Positions 9,147 to 16,721 are shown, numbered from the stretch's first letter. The stretch is 17,695 nt of DNA from Planctomycetota bacterium (GCA_027001995.1 JALTLO010000050.1:1-17695), one strand, 5' to 3'. The notes: a model not told the origin generated them from the sequence alone. A program made the numbers and translations.

Positions 9147-10106
9147 GACCATAGCGGCCCAAGTCTGCGGGGCGATGTTGCCACCGGTGAGGACCAGGAC
9201 AGTCTTTATATCAGAGGGTGCTCGGGGTCCTTCCATAAGAGCGGCCAGCCCGGCGGCAGCGGCGGCCTCGACTCGTTGTCCAGTGTGTTCGAAGATCAAA
9301 CCCGTGGCGCGAGTGAGAGAATTCTCGGACACCGTGGCGACTCTCGCCACTAATTCCTGGGCCACCTTCAACCCAAGCTTCCCCGGTTGAGCAGCGGTCA
9401 ATCCATCAGCAACCGTCGTAATCCCCTGGCGACTGCTGCGCACCCCCGTTTGCAATGACAATTGAAGGGTGCCATTGGCTTCAGGCTGGGCGCCAATAAC
9501 CTCTGGGGCCGGATTCAGGCTTTGAACAGCAACGGCTATGCCAGCGAGGAGCCCTGCTCCACTGGCTGGGACATAGATGGCACCCACATCCGGTAAGTCC
9601 CGAATGATCTCCAACCCGACTGTGCCATCACCAGCAATGGTGAGAAGAGAATCATGAGGATGAAGAATCAAAAGACCATCACGACGGGCTAACACCTGAA
9701 CATGATCTTCCCGGGCCAAGTAGTCATCAGGGCAGTAAACGATTTCACCACCGAATCTCTTGATTCTCTCCGCCTTAAAGGTGCTCGCTGAAGGCCGCAA
9801 CACAATCGTCGCTCTGACCGAATGCTGAGATGCAGCCAATGCCACAGCCGCAGCAAAGTTACCAGAAGACGAGGTGACAACTCCGAATTCTCTCGCCTCA
9901 TCCAATGACTGAATGATGTTAAACAAAGCCGGGCGATACTTGAAAGCGCCACTGTATTGTAGATTTTCGAGCTTGAGGTAAATCGGTCGGCGACACAGTT
10001 CGCTCAAACCCGGAGAGAAGATCAAGGGAGTATGACGCACCAAGGGTGCGAGAATAGATCCCGCACCCTTGGTCGCAGCAAGAATCTGATCCACGAGACC
10101 AGACAT
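9138..10106 (-). CDS. PLP-dependent (fold type II) Ser/Thr dehydratase / serine racemase family enzyme without an ACT domain
   Basis: HTPL, LKLENLQYSGAFKYR (PLP lysine), SSGN, IAGDGTVGLEI, TVADG and TGGNI. At 322 aa it has no regulatory C-terminus. It overlaps the nadA 3' end by 9 nt, convergently. Confidence 0.9.
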   Translation of the reverse strand: MSGLVDQILAATKGAGSILAPLVRHTPLIFSPGLSELCRRPIYLKLENLQYSGAFKYRPALFNIIQSLDEAREFGVVTSSSGNFAAAVALAASQHSVRATIVLRPSASTFKAERIKRFGGEIVYCPDDYLAREDHVQVLARRDGLLILHPHDSLLTIAGDGTVGLEIIRDLPDVGAIYVPASGAGLLAGIAVAVQSLNPAPEVIGAQPEANGTLQLSLQTGVRSSRQGITTVADGLTAAQPGKLGLKVAQELVARVATVSENSLTRATGLIFEHTGQRVEAAAAAGLAALMEGPRAPSDIKTVLVLTGGNIAPQTWAAMVSS

Positions 10107-10108
10107 GA

Positions 10109-11434
10109 CTATTTCGTTTTCTTACTCGTTGGCTTTTTCTTAGGAGGCAATTTGTCAAGTTGTGCCGACTTGTAAAGTTCGAGCTCTAAAACAATGTCAG
10201 TACCGGGAGGCACACCCTGACGGCCGGCATCGCCCCAAGCCAAATTTGCAGGAATAACAGCACGCAGCCGACCTCCTGGACGGATGAGAGTCAAAGCCTC
10301 TACCATGCCAGCAGGCAACTTCGTCTGACGCAACGTATTCGTCGCACCGCGTGCCCAACTCGATTCAATGAGGTCGCCATCTGCGGTCCACCAAGCATAG
10401 TGGATCGTCACATGATGGGTTGGTTTGACCGCTGGGCCTTCTCCCTTCTTGATGATCTTATACTTTAGCCCAGACTCGGACGTTTTCATATCAGCAGTCG
10501 AAGATGAAAAAGGAACCACCCAACGGACAAACATATGCATGAATAAAGTGTTGGCACCAGACATCAAGAAAGGTCGGGCGGTCGCAGGGACATCTCGATA
10601 ATCAACCTTGACCAAAAACTCCATTCCAACCCGCGCCAAGGGAGAGAAAGCTTGCAAGTAACTTGGTCGACACTTGCTGGCTTGTCCACCCATAATGGCG
10701 TATTTTCGAAGGCGGGAATAGTCAACGATTCGTCCCTTGTCGTTGGTGGCCAAGAAGTCGTAAACAACGATGCCTTTCTCCCCAGCCATGGGTCCCTTGC
10801 CGTCCTTCAAGATCATGTAAGACGTCTTATCCGTGATCTTAATGCTCTTTTCGTCATCAAAAGTAGCGGTCTTGGGAATATCAATGTGACGATCGATCTT
10901 GTGTATCTCGAGGGCATACAAGAGATCCGTGTTGGCCGGAACGCTCGGAACACCAGCCTCGCCAAATCCCATGGCGCTGGGAACGTCTATGCGAACCTTG
11001 TCGCCTACACGCAGCTTTACAAGAACCGCATCCAACCCTGGAACAGAAACACCGACATTGATTTTTTGCAGGCCGTGGGGGCGATTCGGGCGGCGGCGAG
11101 TTGTGGTGATCTCCTTGCCAGTCTTGTGATTCCAGAGAGTCATATGGATGAGAATCGTGTCCCCAGGCTGCAAGAGACGACGGGCTTCTTTCTTGCTCTT
11201 GCGCAAGTAACACCAGCGAACTCCTCCTTCGGCTTCGATGGGATTCTTCATTTCCGGAATGATCAAATCGAGCTTGGCCATGGCTCGTTTTTGCTTTTCG
11301 GTCAGTTGTCTCTTGGGTTTGGCTTCCCCATCTTTGACCGCAGGTTTCGACTGCGGTGATGGCTTCACTTGGGCATTGGTAAACCCAACCAAGAAGAGCC
11401 CGATAATAAGAGAGACCACAATGGATTGTTTCAC
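10109..11434 (-). CDS. Secreted/periplasmic multi-domain FKBP-type PPIase-like protein (three FKBP repeats)
   Basis: GTG start with a GGAG SD. Sec signal peptide MKQSIVVSLIIGLFLVGFTNA. FKBP signatures 'LRVGDKVRIDVPSAMGFG...VPANTDLLYALEI', 'YMILKDGKG', 'SGLKYKIIKKGEG...VTIHY...IPANLAWG...VPPGTDIVLELEL'. It ends 2 nt before the dehydratase start. Confidence 0.88.
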   Translation of the reverse strand: MKQSIVVSLIIGLFLVGFTNAQVKPSPQSKPAVKDGEAKPKRQLTEKQKRAMAKLDLIIPEMKNPIEAEGGVRWCYLRKSKKEARRLLQPGDTILIHMTLWNHKTGKEITTTRRRPNRPHGLQKINVGVSVPGLDAVLVKLRVGDKVRIDVPSAMGFGEAGVPSVPANTDLLYALEIHKIDRHIDIPKTATFDDEKSIKITDKTSYMILKDGKGPMAGEKGIVVYDFLATNDKGRIVDYSRLRKYAIMGGQASKCRPSYLQAFSPLARVGMEFLVKVDYRDVPATARPFLMSGANTLFMHMFVRWVVPFSSSTADMKTSESGLKYKIIKKGEGPAVKPTHHVTIHYAWWTADGDLIESSWARGATNTLRQTKLPAGMVEALTLIRPGGRLRAVIPANLAWGDAGRQGVPPGTDIVLELELYKSAQLDKLPPKKKPTSKKTK

Positions 11435-11682
11435 TTTCAGCTCCGATTCTAATTCAATCCGGCAATTTGAAGATCACCACCGACCTAAGGCTTATCGTCC
11501 ATTTTGGCGGGGATGGCATCATAGCAATTATGCCAATTCAGGCGAAAGTGAGATCCAAAAGGATGAATCGACGATAATCTCTTGAATAATACCGAATGAA
11601 TACCCAAAGAAACCTCCCTGTATGTCCCAGTTGGGGGTGAGAAGAACTTTCAAACTTATCCCGGACGACTAAGATCTCCTCC

Positions 11683-12738
11683 ATGCGCAAGAATGAATTA
11701 GACCCAACGACCATCCCATGTTTGGTGGCCTGCCAAGAGAAACTTCACCAACGTATCCTCAAACGAGTCCGACGGGCCTTGGACTCTCAAAGCCAGGAAC
11801 ATTTGGCGGAGATCAAACGAGAGAGCACCGACGATACGATCTTTGCATTAGACGTCTATGCTGAAACGGATCTCATCGAGGATATCACAGAGCTGTTCTC
11901 TCCCTTCTGCGAACTAACGCTCGTCTGTGAAGGTGAGGAAGCTCATGGTGGTCACCCCATACCCTGCAGTAATCCTGAAAATGTCCATACCAAGGTCACC
12001 TTAATTCTGGATCCTGTCGACGGGACACGGGGCCTCCTCTACAGCAAAAGGTCAGCTTGGATTCTGAGTGCCATAGCCCCAAACATGAATTGCAAGCAAC
12101 CCACATTGCAACAGATTGAGATTGCCTTACAAACTGAGATTCCCACCATGCGATCCAACCTATCCGATCAATTGCTGGCAATCAGAGGCCAAGGAGTTCA
12201 GGCAAGAACCCAGAACCTCGAAAACGGCACTTCCAAGAAGTTTCGTCCACAACCCACCTCCTCGCCCACCATCAAAGGCGGCTTTAGTACCGTTTGCCGC
12301 TTCTTCCCCCCTGGTCGAAAGGAACTTGCTGATTTAGACGATGTCATGCATCAGGAAATCCTGGGAGCCGCCCCGGGCCGCGCCCTGGTCTTCGAAGACC
12401 AATACCTTTCTACTGGAGGCCAAGTCTATCAGTTAGCCATGGGCAAAGACCGTTTCGTCGCAGATCTAAGAGGCACCCTCAATCAATACCGCCGAGACTG
12501 TGGAAAAGCAGAGGCCCTGACTTGCCATCCTTACGACATCTGCACCTTCTTGGTCGCAACTGAGCTGGGCGTCATGATCACGATGCCTGACGGTTCGCCC
12601 CTCAACTATCCTTTAGACACCTTAAGCCAAGTTTCCTGGTTGGGATTCGCCAATCAAGAGATCTTTGAAGAAGTGTACCCAACTTTGACCAAGTTGATTC
12701 CCCAACACTTGAGGTATCGCGACTTTTCTCCGGATTGA
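11683..12738 (+). CDS. Inositol monophosphatase / FIG-superfamily phosphatase
   Basis: Metal-binding motif ILDPVDGT, an upstream 'CEG' and a downstream 'HPYDIC' (equivalent to WD). Substrate unknown. Confidence 0.82.
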   Translation: MRKNELDPTTIPCLVACQEKLHQRILKRVRRALDSQSQEHLAEIKRESTDDTIFALDVYAETDLIEDITELFSPFCELTLVCEGEEAHGGHPIPCSNPENVHTKVTLILDPVDGTRGLLYSKRSAWILSAIAPNMNCKQPTLQQIEIALQTEIPTMRSNLSDQLLAIRGQGVQARTQNLENGTSKKFRPQPTSSPTIKGGFSTVCRFFPPGRKELADLDDVMHQEILGAAPGRALVFEDQYLSTGGQVYQLAMGKDRFVADLRGTLNQYRRDCGKAEALTCHPYDICTFLVATELGVMITMPDGSPLNYPLDTLSQVSWLGFANQEIFEEVYPTLTKLIPQHLRYRDFSPD

Positions 12739-12793
12739 GTACCATCTGACCCGTCGGGGCTAAGGCCAAAGATTTGTTTGAGGAGATTGGTCC

Positions 12794-14383
12794 GTGGTTG
12801 CAAAGAGAATCATCATTGTTGGCGGAGGATTTGCGGGAGTAAAATGCGCCCGAGTCCTCTCCAAGAAGCCCAAGGGTCACGACACCGAGATTGTCATTTT
12901 CAATCGGGAGAACCATATGGTTTTCCACCCCATGCTGGCAGAAGTCGCTGGGGGATCTCTCAATCCAGATTCCGTAGCTGCGCCCCTACGACAAATGCTG
13001 CCTGGGATCCGTTGCCGAACCGAAGAAGTTCACAGTATCGATATAGAGCAAAAGAAGGTCGTCTTCAAGTCTTACGACGAGCGCCTCTTAAGTCTTCCCT
13101 TTGATCAACTCGTCCTTGCTTGCGGCGGCGATGTCAATCTCTCCATGGTACCAGGGATGGCCGACCACGCCTTTGCTATGAAAACAGTGGGCGATGCTAT
13201 CGCCCTCCGAGCCCACGTCATGGAGCAGTTAGAGCGAGCCGAAGTCTGCGAGGATGAGACAAAACGCAAGTGGTTCTTGTCTTTCGTCATCGTCGGTGGT
13301 GGCTACAGTGGTGTCGAGGTCGCCGGAGAGATCAACGACTTGGCTCGATCAAGCGCGCGGTATTTCCAAAACTTCAAGAAGGACGATATCCAAGTCACTC
13401 TGATCCATTCCCGTGACCAATTGCTCCCAGAAATTGGTGAATCTCTACGAGAATTTACCGCCGACAAAATGCGTGACTCCGGTGTCACCGTGACCCTCAA
13501 CGCGCGTGCTGCCTTGGCGACTCATACGGGGATTACTCTCAAAGACGACAGGGAAATTCGAGGTGCCACTATCGTCTGCACCATTGGCACACAACCAGCT
13601 GCAGTCTTGCAAAAGCTCGACGTTGACAAAGAGCGAGGCCGACTCAAGACCAGAGCCGATATGCAACTTGAAGCTCACGACGGCATCTGGGCCATTGGAG
13701 ATTGTGCTATTGTTATAAATGGCCATGACGGCAAGCCATCCCCTCCCACTGGACAGTTTGCCGAGCGCCAAGGAAAGCAAGTGGCATTCAACATCGCTCG
13801 AACCTTGAGTGGCAAAACAACGAAACCTTTCAGCTTCAAACCGGTTGGCCAACTTTGCGCCATCGGGGGACACAAAGCAGTCGCAGAAATCATGGGCATT
13901 CGTCTTTCTGGATTTCTCGCCTGGTGCTTGTGGCGGGCCATCTATCTCATGAAGCTGCCAAGTTGGTCCCGGAGGATCAAGGCATGTTTCGACTGGAGTT
14001 GGGAACTCGTATTCGGCAGAGATTTAGCCCACTTGAAAACAGATACGACACAAAGGGTGAGTAACGCCCATTTCAAGAACGGTGATGTCATATTCTCGGA
14101 AGGCGACCCGGCAACCAACTTCTACGTCATCGAAACGGGAGAAGTAGAAGTTCTTGTTGGTGACGGACAAGTCATTGCCACTATGAGCCCAGGTGATTTT
14201 TTTGGGGAGATGGCACTCTTGAACGATGAACCACGAAACGCGACCATACGGGCAAAAGGTGACGTCGAAGTTGTTGTCATGGGACGCTACGTCTTCGAAC
14301 AGATTTCGGAATCGATGACACCACTCAAGGATCTCTTAGCCAGGGCGGTGAAAGATCGCACCCGAGCCAAAAGCCAAGACTGA
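12794..14383 (+). CDS. ndh: Type II NAD(P)H:quinone oxidoreductase with a C-terminal cyclic-nucleotide-binding domain
   Basis: GTG start with a GAGGAG SD. Two Rossmann motifs (IIIVGGGFAG, VIVGGGYSGVE), WAIGD, PPTGQFAERQG (AQxAxQ-like) and the amphipathic 'GFLAWCLWRAIYLMKLP'. The cNMP domain reads 'FKNGDVIFSEGDPATNFYVIETGEVEV...GDFFGEMALLNDEPRNATIRA'. Confidence 0.9.
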   Translation: MVAKRIIIVGGGFAGVKCARVLSKKPKGHDTEIVIFNRENHMVFHPMLAEVAGGSLNPDSVAAPLRQMLPGIRCRTEEVHSIDIEQKKVVFKSYDERLLSLPFDQLVLACGGDVNLSMVPGMADHAFAMKTVGDAIALRAHVMEQLERAEVCEDETKRKWFLSFVIVGGGYSGVEVAGEINDLARSSARYFQNFKKDDIQVTLIHSRDQLLPEIGESLREFTADKMRDSGVTVTLNARAALATHTGITLKDDREIRGATIVCTIGTQPAAVLQKLDVDKERGRLKTRADMQLEAHDGIWAIGDCAIVINGHDGKPSPPTGQFAERQGKQVAFNIARTLSGKTTKPFSFKPVGQLCAIGGHKAVAEIMGIRLSGFLAWCLWRAIYLMKLPSWSRRIKACFDWSWELVFGRDLAHLKTDTTQRVSNAHFKNGDVIFSEGDPATNFYVIETGEVEVLVGDGQVIATMSPGDFFGEMALLNDEPRNATIRAKGDVEVVVMGRYVFEQISESMTPLKDLLARAVKDRTRAKSQD

Positions 14384-14398
14384 AGGCCCGACTCAGGA

Positions 14399-16036
14399 CT
14401 ATGGCGTGTCTGTCTCGTTACCAGGAAGAGTGATTTCTTTGACCACCCGATAGGTCTCCACATTCAGTTCCTTGCCTTTGAGGGATTTCTTACCCAATGG
14501 AACAAATTCGAAGAGATCCTTGCATGCTTCGTAGGTGGCCTCCCCAACGATCACCTCTCCTTCTTTCGACACCGATGATTCCAGGCGACTCGCAATATTG
14601 ACGGCGTCACCAATCACCGTGTAGTCCCGACGTTTAGGCGACCCAATATCACCCACAACTACGGGCCCCGTATTGATCCCCACGCGCATACCAACGGGAG
14701 TCGGAAAACCCATGTCGCGATTTAGTTCTTCCAGACCTTTTTGCATCAACAAACCAGCCCGGATGGCTCGGGCTGCATGATCATCTTGTACTACTGGAGC
14801 ACCAAAGAAAGCCATCATTCCGTCCCCCATGTATTTATCGAGAGTTCCTTCAAACAAGAAAACCGCGTCCGTGAGGCGTTCGAAGATAGCATTCAGGAGT
14901 TGAGCGACCTCTTGAGGCTCCATGTGTTCGCTGATGGAAGTAAAGCCAATGAGGTCAGAGAAGACCATCGTGACAGTTCTCTCTTCAGCAATCATATCCA
15001 CGATAGGCTGAGATAAAGAAGCGTCCCGCACAATACGATCCACCACCGCAGGAGAATTATACTTTTCCAACCGTTCTCGCTTACGTTGTTCTCGAGCGAA
15101 TTCATCTTCCAAAGAGCGACGCTCTGTAGCGATAGCAGCAAAAATAGATAAGGTGGAAAGCAGACGAAGTTGTTCTTTAGTAAAGCTCTTTCTCGCCGAG
15201 GTGCTGTCGCAATAGATAACACCGGTGACGCAACCGTGATTGTACATCGGAGCACACATGGCGGAGGAAATCTGCATCGCCATGATGGATGCTTCTGCTC
15301 CGAAACGTTCGTCCGCAAGAACATCACTCACCAAGATTGCTTGTTGTTTCGTGATCACTTCGTTGACGATCGATTCGCTGATTCGGATTTGATCGGCGCT
15401 GCCGTCACGGGACTTGAATACCCGAGGCTTGAGGCCATCTTCTTCTGTGTAAGTCGCGATAACGCCCCGTTCAATAGGAAGGTTTTGAAAAACAAGGTCA
15501 AGAACTTTCTCAAACACCTCCTCCAAGTTGCCACCGGATAACATCGCTTGAGCAGCTTGATTGAATAGAGACACAGCCCATGCAGCGGCTTTATTACCGT
15601 CGTCCGGCTTCGCTGTTTTCGTTTCGATGACACTTGAGACGACACTCAAGTCGGCCATGTTAAGAATAGCCGTCTTGTTTCTCTTTTCCTTTGTCCGATC
15701 AAATTGAACTTGGTGAACTGCCGAAGACAAAGCATTCGGTAGCTCGAAACTTGCACGCAACTCCCCGAGTCCAATGACGTCGCCATTTTCTAACTCACAC
15801 TTGACAATGGGTTTCTCGTTGACACTGGTCCCGTTGGCACTGCCCATGTCGAAAATCACCCATTTTGCACCATCTTTGAAGATGGTGGCATGTTGCCGTG
15901 AGATTCTCTCTTCTGGAATCACCAAGTCGCTACTGGGAGACCGACCAATGACCACACGCTCTTTTCTCAGACGCACTGTCTTTGGCTTCCCAGCGATCTG
16001 GTAAGAGACTATGAAACCGTCTTGATCATCTGACAT
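14399..16036 (-). CDS. Soluble class III adenylyl cyclase with FHA and GAF domains
   Basis: FHA: VIGRS, ISRQHA, DMGSANGT. GAF: SAMCAPM...GVIYCDS...FTKEQLRLL. Cyclase: FSDLIGFT, LDKYMGDG, GINTG, DYTVIGDAVNIASRLES. I place the start at ATG 16036 (545 aa), which has a GGGGAG SD 7 nt upstream, rather than the ORF-track start at 16075. Confidence 0.93.
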   Translation of the reverse strand: MSDDQDGFIVSYQIAGKPKTVRLRKERVVIGRSPSSDLVIPEERISRQHATIFKDGAKWVIFDMGSANGTSVNEKPIVKCELENGDVIGLGELRASFELPNALSSAVHQVQFDRTKEKRNKTAILNMADLSVVSSVIETKTAKPDDGNKAAAWAVSLFNQAAQAMLSGGNLEEVFEKVLDLVFQNLPIERGVIATYTEEDGLKPRVFKSRDGSADQIRISESIVNEVITKQQAILVSDVLADERFGAEASIMAMQISSAMCAPMYNHGCVTGVIYCDSTSARKSFTKEQLRLLSTLSIFAAIATERRSLEDEFAREQRKRERLEKYNSPAVVDRIVRDASLSQPIVDMIAEERTVTMVFSDLIGFTSISEHMEPQEVAQLLNAIFERLTDAVFLFEGTLDKYMGDGMMAFFGAPVVQDDHAARAIRAGLLMQKGLEELNRDMGFPTPVGMRVGINTGPVVVGDIGSPKRRDYTVIGDAVNIASRLESSVSKEGEVIVGEATYEACKDLFEFVPLGKKSLKGKELNVETYRVVKEITLPGNETDTP

Positions 16037-16193
16037 GAGGTCACTCCCCGAATTGCATGCAACTGACAAGAACATAAGTCATTTCCCAATATGGATCAAC
16101 GACCAAACAAACTGTGCCTGTGGGGAATGGTCTTCATGGAAAGAAACGGCAAAGAATGTTGCCATAGGCCAGGAGCGAACTGTTTACTTCCTC

Positions 16194-16221
16194 TTGCCCG
16201 CCTCGTTCATGAAACTATGAT
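16194..16221 (+). promoter_or_regulatory. Possible sigma70-type promoter facing the long intergenic region and osmC
   Basis: TTGCCC (16194-16199), 16-nt spacer, TATGAT (16216-16221). Confidence 0.4.
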
Positions 16222-16279
16222 CGATGTGTGAAAATGCTCCCTATAGAAGACTGAGGACAACAGTCCATGGGGCTTCTAA

Positions 16280-16620
16280 TCAGAGCACAATATCGCCAGA
16301 GGAGCGGCGCGGTCGTGGAGGACGCGGGCTCCCCTTCTCCGTGTAGAAGCGGTCATTTGGGAATGGTTGAAACTGAAAGATAATCTGCCCTTCCGGCGCC
16401 ATCGCCATCGCCATCTGCCTTGCCAGTCACCACCCCAATGTCGGCGCAAACCGAAAAGACGAGCCGACCTATCCCCGTCTCCTGACGGTTGCCTACCCGC
16501 AAATCAACGTCGTCTGACTCTTTGCACCCTACGGGCCCGACTTTGGCGGAAGAACCCGAGCCCAGAGAGGAACTCCGCTTCGCTCCCTTCCTCCCTGGGA
16601 CCCTGAGGCCTTTCGGATCA
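16280..16620 (-). ncRNA. Candidate structured non-coding RNA, family not recognised
   Basis: GC-rich stretch with no credible ORF and at least five stems found by eye. Most of them pair better on the minus strand (G-U instead of A-C). Boundaries and strand are approximate. Confidence 0.35.
16397..16414. repeat. Hexamer tandem repeat (CGCCAT)x3
   Basis: Read directly: cgccatcgccatcgccat. Confidence 0.85.
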
Positions 16621-16721
16621 TGAAGCACTTGTAATTCACCATGTACAAGACTAAAGTCAGAGACGAAGTTTATCTTATGTTGGTGTCCACCAACTCGGGG
16701 CAAGATTAAGAGACAAGAATC

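Noticed and set aside
10652..11359. 235-aa plus-strand ORF
   Set aside because: It is an antisense shadow of the FKBP gene with no SD or motifs.
11522..11536. Sigma54 promoter (minus strand TGGCATAATTGCT)
   Set aside because: The GG-to-GC spacing is 3 nt shorter than the strict -24/-12 requirement.
16037..16075. ORF-track N-terminal extension of the cyclase (MFLSVACNSGSDL, superficially lipoprotein-like)
   Set aside because: It has no basic n-region or adequate h-region, and it contains the strong SD for ATG 16036.
16280..16694. RNase P, tmRNA, SRP, cobalamin riboswitch or group II intron identity for the structured region
   Set aside because: Only fragments resemble them (GAGGAA, TCCACCA, GTCAGGAGAC). 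The full signatures are absent: GAGGAAAGUCC/ACAGAA, a T-arm before CCA, the SRP helix-8 GGAA..AGCAG, and a group II domain V.
16353..16703. 116-aa minus-strand ORF whose TGA is followed by hairpins and about 46 further open codons (selenocysteine readthrough?)
   Set aside because: TTG start without an SD, no protein-like motif, no redox-type context around the UGA, and the first hairpin loop does not look like a bacterial SECIS. The overlapping 79-aa plus ORF (16367-16606) is equally unconvincing.
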